DNA of 64,000 bases from Rhizophagus irregularis. Taxonomy: Eukaryota. Of this stretch, positions 50,061-63,886 are shown piece by piece. The position numbers and the translations under genes are program-made. The notes beneath the pieces were generated by a model. The model was not told the origin of the DNA. It saw only the letters and a list, made by a program, of their open reading frames with translations, and did not search any database. Numbering within the stretch: the stretch's first letter is position 1; each line of letters starts with the position of its first letter. The stretch is taken from the NCBI RefSeq assembly GCF_026210795.1, contig NC_089429.1, forward strand, positions 4,278,001 through 4,342,000, written 5' to 3'.

Positions 50061-50707
50061 CAAATCCTTGCAGAATAGTTGTTTGTTGGAATCGAACCAA
50101 CTGGAATAATGTTACAAACCATTAACAACATAATGTATATAAATAGATAGAATAAGAGTAAATTAACGTTAACGAATATAATTTAAATATAATAATGAAA
50201 TAAAAAATATGTAATAAATAATAATAATAAGAAGAAATCAGGTTTCAATGTAGTGAATATACACCTGATATCGGTAGAAATATCAGATTGCCCGTCTGAC
50301 AAGTTTGCATCGATAAGGCCTATTCCTAAAAAGTTAATTAATCCCATTTAATTTTTTTTTAACAAAGTTGAACAGTCTGACAAGATTACATCAATAAGGT
50401 CTATTCCTAAAAAGTTAATTAATCACATTTAATTAAATGATATTTAATTGTATTTTTTTTTTTAAAAAAAAAAAACTTTCTTTCTGAAAGTGAAGTCTGC
50501 CTCCTATACCATTTGCCATCATGCATAGTATATTATAGGAAAGGTGGGCTAGGTGGCCACCTGAAGTTTGTAAATAACTAAATGATAATCTAATTTAGCT
50601 TCGAATTTTGGTTGTCGCATTATTCGTCGAATTTTTTTTTTTCTTTTTTTAAACCGCAGAAAGTCTAAATGGACATCATTATGAATATTTCAAACAATAA
50701 TAATGTA

Positions 50708-50940
50708 AAATCCTTAATCATAGTTAAAATAGGCATGATGGGATAACTCATATATCATGAGCTCTGTCTGAGCGAAGTGCCATTTTATTTATAATCAAAG
50801 TAGGTTTGATTATCATTGATGGGAGAGTAACATGCAACGAAAATCCTTTAATCAAGAGGGTAAAATAGGCATGATGGGATAACTTATATATCATGAGCTC
50901 TGTCTGAGCGAAGTGCCGTTTTATTTGTAATCAAAGTAGG
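50708..50940. repeat. Direct repeat (~100 bp x 2) containing a stem-loop
   Basis: AAAATAGGCATGATGGGATAACT.ATATATCATGAGCTCTGTCTGAGCGAAGTGCC.TTTTATTT occurs twice. Confidence 0.85.
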
Positions 50941-51324
50941 CTTAAGTTGTAAGTAACTTGATTATAACAATGATGATTATTGGAGAAATTAAGTTGCGAC
51001 ATTTTAAGCATTTTTTGATTTATAATATTATTGATGTAATTATTTATTGATATTGATGAGAACGATGTAAAGGATTTATTGGACGAATTTACATTTATCC
51101 ATAGTTATTTTATATAATTTTCGGCATAGTTTTGGCATTCCTTATTTTTTCATTTACACATAATTAAAAACATTGATATATTCTGTTTTATTGTATATTT
51201 GTAATATTTTTATTTTATTGTAATAACAATAAAAATTTCTAATCAATGATATGCCTTTAAGTACATGTCCTAAAAGTAAAAAAATATAAATATTTCTTTG
51301 ACGCAATTAAGTATAACTCTCCAT

Positions 51325-51510
51325 CCCTGTAAAAAAAGTCGATCCGTTTTTAATATTCCATCCTTTTTTCGCAAAAGGCCCATATTTCCGGAATTAGTAA
51401 TCTTATATCACGGAATTTATCGAATTATTTACATTTTCCGTGAATGGATCCGTGAAAAGCTCATTTTTGCGGAGTTTTTACAGAAATGACGGACAAAATT
51501 TTTTATAGGG
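51325..51510. mobile_element. 186 bp MITE with CCC termini and a 3 bp TSD
   Basis: CCCTGTAAAAAA..TCCGT / ACGGA..TTTTTTATAGGG; TSD CAT on both sides. Confidence 0.8.
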
Positions 51511-51529
51511 CATCATCCAAAAGTTCGAC

Positions 51530-52180
51530 AACCTAAAAAAATAAAACAAAGAAAGAAACATTAATATGTTTCTTTAAAATTTTAAGAAATACTTCCCCTC
51601 TCCCTCTAACTTACATTCAAAGCCAAGTTCATCTTACGTTTCTTTAATATTGAAACAACACATCTTTACCTAAAAATAAAAGAAAAATGGCGTTAATATT
51701 TCCCATTATACAACCGCACATCACCCAAATAACACCTACCCGCATACTCAAGAGAAAGTGGAAATCTAAAAATAAAAGCAGAATGGAGTTAGTGTTGTTT
51801 CATAACTACGCAACCATACACCCACCCAAACACCTACCCGCATATTCCACTTCAAGAGAAAGCCGGAAATCTAAAAAATAAAAAAGAAATGTCGTTAATA
51901 TTGTTTTATAACGCCATTTCATATTATACACTCACCCAAACTTCACTTACCGCATATTCCACTTCAAGAGAAAGCCGGAATCTAAAAAAATAAAAAAAGA
52001 GTTCGTTAGTATTATTTTATAATGCCATTTTATCATCCAAACTTAACTTACCGCATGCTTCACTCTAAGGAAGAACCAAAAGAACAAACTCGGCTTACTT
52101 AAATTTGCCGAAACTCATCCAGAAGGCCATCCTTAATTCGTTCCAACGGAATCCACATTCAGAAGAACGCCCCTAAAGAA
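51530..52180 (-). other. Micro-exon/intron array on the minus strand
   Basis: Repeated CTAAAAATAAAA..GTTAG/GTTAA..CTTACC/CCTACC, with exons resembling (rc) CGCATATTCCACTTCAAGAGAAAGCCGGAA. Confidence 0.6.
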
Positions 52181-54459
52181 AAAAATAAATAATAAAAGCC
52201 TTATTTTTTTTTTAAGACTTTTTTTAAAATTATGATCAACCGATCAGATTGTCAGATTGATAAATCGGATCAGTAAGTCACTTGACTGATACCGATGCCG
52301 AAACTATATTTACTTTAGTAGTAAAGCAGCAACTAAGCTTTAGAAGCTTTAGAGAAAATCAAATTGCAAATTATGAAGCATTATATCAATTCATTTTCCA
52401 CCTATTGAACGTGATCCAAATACATTTATATAAATTTGTATAATTTGTACATTTTATGAAATCTTGCATGATATATGCTTAATAATTAATTTATATAAAA
52501 TAATATTCATGTAATTTCCATATTTGCAAAGTCTTACACAGCCTTGCATAGTTGCTTAGTAAATGTAAATAAACAATTTACATAATTACGAAGCTTCTTC
52601 GGTATTTTTATTATTTTTTATATGTAATATATTTCGTAAGATCTATTTTTTTCTTAGTGATACAAGATTAATAAATTTGGAAATAAATAAATAGTGATTG
52701 GCACGATCAAAACCCATTATCTTCTTAAATTATCGTAGGATAGAAAACAAGTCCCCCATTTTCACTATTTTATTTATTTGTACCTTGTAACGCAAAAATA
52801 ATTTAAAGTAATAGTTATTTATTTTTATATATGTACTCTGTGAAGTTCCCATACAAAAATCTTCAAAACACTTGCAACAAATACTCTTTTTCGGTCATGA
52901 TCTACCCATACGTTTAAGGAAATACTTTGGGTGAAATTTTAATAATCATTAATCATTACTCATTAATCATTAATGATTAATCATTAGCCATTAGTTATTA
53001 TTGAGCAGAGTAGCGGCCCACCCTCCCACCTGGCGAACTTGGTTTTTATTTATAGTTAAAAAAAAATTAAAAAAAATTTGTAATCTAAAATGAAAAATTT
53101 TTTTTAACGAATGAATTTAAGACATGTAATAAAAAAAAATTTTCATTTTATCCGAAAAAAAGGTAATCAAAAAGCCCCCAACGACTAATTTAAAAAAATC
53201 TCAGCCACATTAAAAATTGTTTATTATTTAGGAAATATTGAGGCTTAATAATATACATTTAAGGAAAAATTTGGCGAAAATCCTAATTGACAATAATAAG
53301 TAATTTAAAAAAATTAAATTAAATAAATAAAAAATAATAATAATAAATAAAATAATTAATTGTCAATAATAATAAATAAATTTTCGTGAAGAAAAAAATA
53401 ATTTTTTTTTTTAGGAAAATGAATTTATTACGTGTCTACATGCCAAACAATTACGTGTTCAAAAAAAAAAGAAAGTTAATTGATTTAACATAATTAATAA
53501 TCGATAAGCCTCCAATGACTAATTTTAATTGTTTATTACCTTCTTAGGAAATATTAAGGCGTAATGAACTGCAATTATTATTTTATGATCAAATAGTTTT
53601 TAAAATTATTCAAAAAAAAAATTTATTTGCGATCTACTTATACGTTTAAGGAATAATTTGGTGAAAATCTTAATTAATTGTGAAAAAAAAAAAAATTTTT
53701 TTTTTACACGTGAATTTATTTAATCGATAAGCCTCCATTAATTACGAAATTTTGATTTTTTTTACTTTCTTAGAAAATATCGAGGCTTAACCCAGTTATT
53801 ACAATATCTGTTCATTGAAATGACGTAATGTATATAAATATGAATAGGGTAATTTTTTTTTTATTTATTTACCTTTATTTCAAAATGATATACATGTTAC
53901 AAATATGGAAATAAAAAAAAATTTTTATCTTCCCACATGAAGTGAAACGAAATAAAATTTTTTCAAAATGTGCTGATTTTTACATATATGCATGTGTTTC
54001 ATATACTTTTGATTTTCAATTATCGCATTATTTTATTTTTTTTTAATCGTATTTGTTTTCTTTCATTGATTTTGATTATTAAATGTATTAAAAATATGCA
54101 ATCATTTGTTTGCCACGTACACTCATCAGATTTATTAGTTTCCTTAGCTTTTGGTAAGTTGAACATATTTCTTAACGTTGTGTATGTCTTTTTTTCCTTC
54201 ATTAATATTAACTATTCTCCCTTCTTTTCATTTTATTCGTCATTCCACTTCGTCACTTTTTGTAAGTAGTTTTTTCCACCTTTTAACGGCTTTAAAACTT
54301 TGGCATCAGTATCCTAGTAAATGGTAAATTATTTTGGGTCTTTTGGAATTGGGAATTTATTTTCTTTAACTAACTATCTTTTTCTTTTTTTTGGTTGGGC
54401 TGTTCACTTCTTTTTTGGGCTTTATGGTCTTTTTGTTTCTTTCTTATAATGCCATGCTG

Positions 54460-55190
54460 TTTCATCATTTTTTCCATCACTGTTTCATCTCCTATCATTC
54501 TTTTTCTATCTCCATTTTATTCCATATATTCTTTCATCTCCATTTCATCCTATATCATTTTTTCTATCACCATTTCATTCTACACCGCTTTTTCATCATC
54601 ATTTCGTCCTTTCATCACCATTTCATCTCCTATCATTTTTCCCACCACTATTTCGTTGCCTATCATTCTTTTCCCATCTCCACTTTGTTCCACATTATTC
54701 TTTCATCTTTCATCTCTATTTCATCCTATCTTTTTTTTTCATCGCAATTTTGTTCTATATCACTTTATCATTATCATTCGTTCATCCACCATTTCGTCTT
54801 ATATCATTATTTCTATCACCATTTTGCTCTATATCACTTTTTTGTCATCATTTCAACCTATACCATTCCTTTAACTACCATTTCGTCTCCTATCATTTTT
54901 TTCTACCACCTTTCGTTCTATATTGCTTTCCATCATCATTTCATCCCATATATACTGTTCTTTTCATTACTATTTCGTCTGAATCATCTCCTATTGTTCT
55001 TTTCCATTACCATTTTGTTTTATATCACTTCATCATTATCATTTCGTCTCCCTTAATCACCATTTCATCCTATATATCACAATTTCATTCTATATTGCTT
55101 TTTCATCATCATTTCATCCCATACTGTTCTTTTCATTGCTATCTCGTCTCCTATTGTTCTTTTTCCATTACCATTTCATACTATTGTTTC
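54460..55190. repeat. Degenerate ~29 bp CAT/T-rich minisatellite
   Basis: CACCATTTCATCTCCTATCATTTTTT-like units; generates spurious His/Phe ORFs. Confidence 0.75.
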
Positions 55191-55822
55191 TTATTACTCT
55201 TTTTGTTCTTTATTGTTCTTTCTTATTCTTTATCACTCATTTTGTCCATTATTATTTATTTGACTGGAATGTTCTCAAAAATTAAAGATGTACGCAATTT
55301 TTTAGTCGTGTAAAATTACATAAAGTTAAATAAAATATTTAAATTAGTTATTGGTTAATTATAATCATGTGACACCAGTGCTGACCACCACTCCACCAGT
55401 GGTGATAAATAACAAACTTCTTTTTTAAAATAATAAATAAAATTTAAACAATACATCGGGTGAACTGATTTTTTTTCATTCATTATTCTAACAATAATTT
55501 ACACCATTTACGATAATCTCATGTAAAAAAAATATCATCCTTGAGATTTCTAAAATTTAATTTAAATTAAAATATAATATGCTCCGATCCTTGATCATTG
55601 ATCCCATGATACTATTAATTAATACACTCAAAATTTGCTCCCTTCAGTCCCGAGTTCTGTGGTGGGTACTGGAACAAAAAAAATACTGGCTAGTTGTTCT
55701 ATAAAATTACGTTAACTACCAGTCTTTTTACGCAGTTATTTATCTTAACAAATTAATATCGTATTTGTATAGCATTATGTAAGGAGTATTTTTATTTAAG
55801 ATCAAAATAGAAAAAAAAATTT

Positions 55823-58800
55823 ATGGTGATTTTTTTGAACATGAATTTTAAATGCCCTTTTTGTTCTCGTACATTTAGTAAACGCTCAGCATATGCTCAA
55901 CATATTTTAGTATGCCCAAAAAATAATGTAAATCCTATTGATAATAAAAGTGATAGCGAAACTTCTATTAATGCAATACAAGACGTTAATCAAAATAATG
56001 AAGGAGATATTTCTCACGATGAGGTATAAAATTACAAATATTTATATAAATATTAAATATCTTTAATTCTATTATTTACTAATAAAATTTATGATTTAGA
56101 TGGAATATGAGAGTTATCAAGATGCATCATTTAATAGTGTTCAAAGTACATTTTCAGTAATGAGCTATGAAGATATATTAGAATGTGAAGAATCTGAAAA
56201 ACCTGAACAGTCTGTCAAGGAACCTGAAAAGTCTGGAGAATCTGCTGAAGAATCTGAGGAATCTGGAAAATCTGCTAAAGGATCTGAAGAATCTGCTGAA
56301 GAATCTGCTGAAGAATCTGAGGAATCTGAAGAATCTGCCAAAGTATTTGAAAATTCTGAAGAATCTGAAGAATCTGCCAGAGAAAAGGAATTGGAATCTT
56401 CCAAAAAATCTGAAGAAACTTATACAGAATTTCCAAATGAAGTTTATAAAGATCTAATGATATTAGTTACAAAACACAAATTGAATAATAAAGCTAGTAA
56501 TGCAATTATAAATTTTTTTAATAAATATTCAACTCTTTCAAAATCTCCTTTACCTAAAAATATTGAAAAGGGACGAGTATTTATGAATAAAATGAAATTT
56601 TCTAATTTAACATTTAAAAGAATTCTTATAACAACTTATAATAATAAAGAATATTTTCTTCATTATCAAGATTTATTGAATTGCATTAAAAATATTTTGG
56701 AAATTCCTGATATAATGCAAGATTTTGCACTATCATTTGAAGATTGCAAGGTAATAATATTTTTTTAGTATGTAAAATAATTGAGTGTAGTATTATAAAT
56801 TTATTAATATATTACTTATTTTTACTATTAGTATAAAGGAGAAAGAGTTTATAAAGAACAAAATACTGGAACATGATGGAAAAATACTGAATCTACTTTA
56901 CCTATTGGTGCAAAATTATTATCACTTATTTTATATTCTGATGCTACTACTACAGATGTATTAGGAAAAAATCAATTACATCCAATATATGTATCAATAG
57001 GTAATATTCCAACATGGCGTCGTAATAAACCAGATGCCAAACAACTTTTGGGTTATTTGCCAATATTAGAAGCAGCTAATAATTCTGAAAAAAAATCACC
57101 TACTTTTAAAATCTTAGTTCGGGAAACTTTTTACAAATCTTTACAACATTTATTAGAATTAATGAATATAAAAGATGGTATAGAATTATTAGTAAAAAAT
57201 GAAAAAATATGGTTTTATCCTCGTATTTCTATTATAATAGCAGATTGGCCAGAAGTAGCTACATTTTGTTTAACTTATAAGTCTTCTAATTCAAAATTTC
57301 CTTGTCATTTTTGCATGGTTGCAAGAGATAATCTTGCTAATATAAATTTATTGCCTAGTGATGTAAAATTAAGAACTCATGAAGAAATGTTTAAACATTT
57401 TAGTGAAAATACTGAAAAAACTATTTGTATAGAATCTGTACCTAATTTCTTTTGGAAAATACCGTATGTATATATATAATTTTATTAGTTAATATTATTG
57501 TATTACTAGTAATAATAATAATAATTATATTATATTTTAATTTTAGAAATATAAATATTTATTTAGCAACAGTACCTGATAGAATGCATCATTTAGATCT
57601 GGGTTTATTTCGTTATCAAATTGAATTTACATATGATCTTTTGAAATTGCAGCACAATAATAAATTAATTGATGAATTAGATTGTCGTATTGCTGCAATT
57701 CCTCGTTATCCTGGTCTAAAGATTTTTTCTAATGGATTACAATCAATTTCAAGATTTACTGCTGATGAATATAGAAATCTGATGAAAATTATGGTATTTG
57801 TGGTAGATAATTTATATAGTAGTAATACAAATAATAATATAACAAACAATTTTTTAAATAATAATGATGTTGTAAAATTATATCAAAATTGGAATGAAAT
57901 GTATATTTTAAGTAGATCTGAAAAATTTAGTGAAAATGATTTAATAAAATTTAAGGTAAATAAAATTTTATTATTAATTATTAAATTAATTAAATTCAGT
58001 TCACAGGTCGAAATGCTAAAAATCGGCAAAAAAAATGGCGCGAAAAGCAGTGGCTATTTTTGGCTATTTTTGGCTATTCTTGGCTGTTTTTGGCTATTTA
58101 CGAATTAACCTATACTATTTGTAAATAGTTTATACAAATTTGCGAATAGTTTATGCGATTTGCGCCATTTTTTTTGCCTATTTTTGGTCATTTGACGTGT
58201 GGTTAAATATTAATTAATTTTATTATTATTAGAATGCAATGTATGAATAGGCACAAAGATTTATTCAAGCTTTTAAATTTATTTCTTCTTCACAATTAAA
58301 ATTACCTAAATTACATTTGTGGTTATATCATATTATTGATTCAATACAATTATATGGAGTAATAAATGGATATACAACAGAAACTTATGAAAGTTTGCAC
58401 AAAAATTTTGTTAAAATACCATATCGTATTAGTAATAAAAAAAATATTGAATCACAACTTTTACAAACAGTAAGTATTTTATTATTTTATAATTTGTAAT
58501 ATATATATTTTTCAAGTTACTAAAATTATAAAAAATTAATAGATAAGACGTCAAGCAATATCATCTATATTTTCCCAACAATCAGTAATAACAAAAACAC
58601 CATATATGTATAGATTTTCTACAAAGCTTTTTGAATTTTCTTTAAAAAATGCAAATTTATTTTTTAATGAAAAAAAAGGCAGTGTAGATAGTAAAATGCA
58701 AATTGGTTTTAGTAAATTTCTAGAATGTTTAGATTTGTATTTGGATTTACTTAATGATCCTAAAATAGACAATAGTCAAGTAAAAATATTTGGATCAGTT

Positions 58801-59242
58801 ACAATAGAAAATGGCACTATAGTACGTGCTACTAATAGTTATCATAATAAATCATGGTTTAGTAATGTGGCAATTTCAATGAATTCTGAAGAATTGGAAG
58901 ATTATATATCAGATTAAGGGATTTGTTATGGACAGGTAATTTTTTTATTTATTATTTTAATTAAATAATTATGAAATAACTAATAACAAATAATATTTAA
59001 TATTTTAGACTTTATTATTAGCAGAAATATTAATAGAAAAAGAAAGTTTACCATTAAGTTTGGCATCAATTCAATGGTATGATTTTAAATCTCAAACACA
59101 TCCATATTTATATGGATGTCCCCATTTGAAATTAAAAGAATTATTTAATTTTGTAATTATAGAAGCTATACAAGGTATTGTACATATAATACCCCGATTT
59201 GCTAAATCAAATGAATACTTTGTAAATAAATATATGTTTTAA
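55823..59242 (+). pseudogene. Plavaka-type transposase with an N-terminal C2H2/C2HC zinc finger, multi-exon
   Basis: CPFCSRTFSKRSAYAQH; LYSDATT..HPIYVSIGNI; ADWPE; PCHFC; VPDRMHHLDLGLF; TETYESLHK; stops at about 56874, 58248 and 58915. Confidence 0.85.
58002..58201. mobile_element. 200 bp CAC-terminal MITE inside a Plavaka intron
   Basis: CACAGGTCGAAATGCTAAAAATCGGCAAAAAAAATGGCGC vs rc CACACGTCAAATGACCAAAAATAGGCAAAAAAAATGGCGC; TSD GTT. Confidence 0.9.
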
Positions 59243-60099
59243 TTTTCAATTTATATTAAGAATTTGTAAGAGTTAAAATTTTATAATTATTTACAAAATA
59301 TTTTATTAAATTTATTCAAAATATTGATAAAAAAAACATAATAAATCATTCTTGATTGTTATTATTATTTCCTTTTCGCTTCCTCTTATATTTAAAACAT
59401 TCATCTAAACTTTTAAAAAATGGTTATGATTTGTAATGATTGTGTTAGTTGTGATACTTGTATCAGTTGTAAATACTTGTAATGATTTGTAAATCACTCT
59501 TTTTTTTCTATTTGTGAAAAAAATTTTTTTTTTGTTGTCATCTTTTTCGTTGATGAACTACATCATTTTTTCTTGATGGCCATCATCATCTAACTCACCC
59601 ATCTGAAAAAAAGATTGTTAGATATCACTTACTGTATAAATGCTAAGTGATAATTGATCATGCGATAAGTAAAAATCAAGTCGCATTTCACAATTTTTAC
59701 GCTCCTTCTTACAAAGAAGAATTTATAGGTAGAATTTTTCCTATCCTATTAACAGGGCGAGGTGAATTCACCATGTAGACACTCTTTCACAAGTTATACA
59801 TGTTTTTATATAATAGCGGGTGGTGTATGAAAACGTGTTAGTAAAGCTAAAAAATATTTTTCATAGCTGATAAATGCTACGTCGCAAAACTATATGGACA
59901 TTCACCTATCCAATGTGACAACTGCAACCAGGGATATATCATCGTTATTTAGCTTTCAAACCTTTCTTAGCTGAACTAAATTTTTACCAAAAACTTTAAA
60001 ATATAACGCATCCAAGGTAAAAAGCAGCGAGACGCGATAGAATTACAAAATTAGGAAAAATCGACTTACTTTTTTAGTCGATTTTATAAACAGTTTTCA

Positions 60100-61125
60100 A
60101 TTTTTATTTTTTTTTCAGTTCTCTTTTTTTTAGGTGTTCAGTGATCTCTTTCTTCAAGACGACGGGTAAGTTTATTTATTTGTTTTGTATTATTTTGATT
60201 TGTTTTATATTAATCTATTTCTTTCTTTTTCTTATGATTAGGTTGGTTTGTTCAAGACGGTCTATAAAGAGGACCATTCAAGAAAAATTAGTAGATATAG
60301 AAGTTACTTTGAAATAGTTGCATAAATCACAAAATATGTAAGTTATCGTTTCAAAAATTAAAAAAAAGATTTTAACTAATGTTTTTTTCTCTTCTACTAG
60401 TCACCCACGTTATCGATAGCATTCAATTATACGTTGATAAGGATTCCTTCTCCCACTGGTATTTTTAACACAGGAAGTCGACTGCAGAGAAGAATATAAG
60501 TGGACGACATTATGGTGGCGTGAAATGATATGAAGATAACGTAGCTGGTGAAACAAATAAACTGATCTGCGTAAGATTGGATTTTATTTTTAGTTTTAAA
60601 AAAAACGTTTGTAGGAAAAAGTTTCTGTATTTGGGATGATTGGTTGAAATGAGAGGATCGATTGGGAAATGAGTGAGTTTCGAAAGTTTCTTCTTTTCTA
60701 ACTTATATATTAAAAACTTTACTTTTTTTTATTCATTTGTAGAACTGAGTTTTATTCCGGATAATAAGAATGGGTAAATTTCGTTACGAACCTTTTTTTT
60801 TCTTTCTTATATAATAGAATATTTTACTAATGTCTCTTTTTTTATTCTTTTGTAGGATCGGATACTTTTTATTCTAAACGATTGTGAATGGGTATTGGGT
60901 AAGTTTCGTAATGTTCATTACGAAACCTTTTATATATATATATATATATAATAGAACATTTACTAATGTCTCTTTTTTTATTTTTTTGTAGAATCGGATA
61001 TTTTTTATTTTGAGTGATTGAGAATGGGTAAGTTTCATTACGGAACGTGTTTTTTTTCTTTTTATAGTATAACTGATAGAAGCATTTTACTAATGTTATT
61101 CTTTATTCTTTGGTAGGATCAGGTT
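60100..61125 (+). other. Micro-exon/intron array
   Basis: GAATGG|GTAAGTTTC..ACGAAAC..TACTAATGTC..TTTGTAG repeated in the 3' half. Confidence 0.6.
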
Positions 61126-61759
61126 TCATTGTAAAGCAATATATACGTACTTCTTGTTAACATGATGGTTTCTTATTTTTATTTATTTATTTGTTTTTTG
61201 TATGAATGACCTTGAAATGGACTTTGGAGGTAAATAAATCTGAGTGGTTCTTATTTGCATGAAGGCGGTTTTTTAAATTCTTGGACAACTTAAGGTCTTT
61301 CTTTAATGATAGAATTGTGGGTTTATGTTGGGTTAAGAAATACTTTATCAAGAATCGAATAATGATTAATGAAAACAATGTTTTGGGAAGCGTGTTATTT
61401 AATTAATGTCGCATAACTTGCTTAATCTGGTTATTGATATAATTTAATTTTTATTCTCGCCTAATAATTGCTTATTCTAACATAAATTTTCAACGTCAAG
61501 AAAATAAAAGTAAATTCAAATTTTATTTAACATTATGTTGTTTATTTTATTTTACTTTTATTAAAGAAAGGTGGTTTAGAATATGAATACATATTAATGT
61601 GCAATGGAATACTAACACAAACACACTCATATTAAACAATACCATCTTTTACCTTTAGAGAAAAAATGAAATACTTTTATTAATATCATATTTGCTCAGC
61701 GAAGATTTATAAATAGTAACGTGACTAGTAATCACATGTTACGAAAATTAACACACATG

Positions 61760-62110
61760 ATTGGTTGTTTATTATTTTTTTTCCGTTTTAAGGTTTTTGT
61801 TGACGTTTTATATCTTTTTCTTTGTAGGACATTTTTTTCAATACTTTGGCCTGGAAAGTAAAAATCCAGACTCAAGTAAGTTTTATTTTATTTATTGGTT
61901 TTTACTAACTTCGTCCTTATTAGGTTCTTCATTCTTTGGCTTGAAGTAGAAATCCAGACTCAAGTAAGTTTTAATTTTTATGAATTTTTATTTATTTTAT
62001 TTTTTTTATTTTTATTTTCGTTTCTTTAATAATTTTATTCTTTTTTTTTCAGTTCTTTAATTTGAAGAAGTAAAAACCAGATTTGAGTAAGTTTTTGCTT
62101 TTACTTTTAT
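61760..62110 (+). other. Short micro-exon/intron array
   Basis: Three exons ending GAAGTA.AAATCCAGACTCAA|GTAAGTTTT. Confidence 0.6.
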
Positions 62111-62859
62111 TTTTATTTTTATCTTTCATAAATTTTTTTATTCACGTTATTTTTAATTTTTTTGGTCTCAGATAACAAAATTGATCATTTCATATTGGTA
62201 ATTCTTAACCTTCCTTAGTGATTAAGGTCTGCTTTTGCTATAGGGGGCGAAGGCTATATATCTTTTCTGAATTTACAAGCTATTGCATATTTACTAGTAA
62301 TATGATAAAAAAAAGTACAATTTCTTTATTATAGTTTTGTGTTTTAACATTAATTATTATATAATTTAGGTATGTACAATAATCTATTAGTATTATTAAA
62401 AATTACAAAAAAATTATATATTATGAAATGTAAGTTTTTTAAATTGCGCCTAATAAAATTACAAAAAACCAAAATAAAATTACAATAAGTTATGTATTAT
62501 AAGGTTACGAAATGTAAAATTTGTAGAGAATTATGCCTAATAAAATTACAAAAAATTATGCATTATAAGATTACGAAATGTAAAATAATTAAAGACTTAC
62601 GCCCTTATAATTTTACGAAAATACTAAAGAATGTAAATATTCAAAATACTACACCTAATAAGATTACAAAATATTACATTTTGCAAGATTACACAATATT
62701 ACAATTTGCAAGATTACATTTTGCAAATCTATATAAAATTACATTTTATAAGATTACAAAAATATTATAATATGTAAACCTTCGTGGGCCTTGTAAGTTT
62801 ATATAAATCTACGATATAAAGGAATTTTAGAAGTTTACGCCATATTTAATTTACTGATG

Positions 62860-63886
62860 TATCACTCAATCGTCAGAAATTGTCTTAAAAATATTGCATT
62901 TGCACTCAATTGTCCAAAAATTGTCAAACCATTGTCGCTCAATTGTCTAAAATTGTTAAAATTTTTCTAGCATTTGAAAGTTGAATTTTGGTAAAATGGT
63001 CCATTTTTCCAAAATTTGACAAAAAAAATGCACAATTTACCAGAATTTTCCTGGTAAATTGTGCAACAATGGAAAATTTTTATTTCAAATTTGCAATTTA
63101 CGTATCATTACAAAAAATTCATCACAATTTACATAACATTGGCCTAATATTGCTAAAAATTCACCACAATTTGCACTTCGTTTACATAGCATTAACTAAA
63201 TTCACCACAATTTGCATTACGTTTGCATAAAATTACTAAAAATTTGACTAAATTCACCACAATTTGCACTTCGTTTACATAACATTACTAAAAATTTAAC
63301 TAAATTCACCACAATTTGCATTACGTTTGCATAAAATTACTAAAAATTTAACTAAATTCACCACAATTTTCATTATGTTTACATAACATTACTAAAAATT
63401 TAACTAAATTCACCACAATTTGCATTACGTTTGCATAAAATTACTAAAAATTTGACTAAATTCACCACAATTTGCATTACGTTTGCATAAAATTACTAAA
63501 AATTTGACTAAAATTTACACAATTTACATTATGTTTACATAAAATTACTAAAAATTTGCCTAAAATTCACCACAATTTACATTACATTTGCATAAAATTA
63601 CTAAAAATTTAACTAAATTCACCACAATTTGCACTTCGTTTGCATATCATTACTAAAGATTTGCCTAAAATTTCCCACAATTTAATGATAATTCACTGAA
63701 AAATTTCTCAACATTTGAATTAGGAATTCTGTAGGAATTCCGCCATTTTGACAAAATTTGCCAAATTGTAAGACCTCCATTATCCCAAAATTGTAACACA
63801 ATTTACCCCAATTTACCGGGATAATTCTCAATTTGCCAGAAAAATTCCAGGCAAATTTTGCAACAATGACATCTGTTCGACCTGTG
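62860..63886. mobile_element. Right end and ~52 bp tandem repeats of a CACAG-terminal element
   Basis: Ends TCGACCTGTG at 63886; AAATTCACCACAATTTGCATTACGTTTGCATAAAATTACTAAAAATTTGACT x ~10 at 63115-63680. Confidence 0.7.

Noticed and set aside
50730..50782. SECIS element or HDV-like ribozyme
   Set aside because: The stem is too short for SECIS and there is no upstream selenoprotein; HDV P3/L3 and P1 are not identifiable.
54391..55313. Long His/Phe/Ile-rich ORFs
   Set aside because: Products of a degenerate minisatellite, open in several frames.
55368..55405. ACCAGTG motifs as CACTG termini
   Set aside because: They lack the TCGA/TTTTGA TIR extension and any matching TSD.
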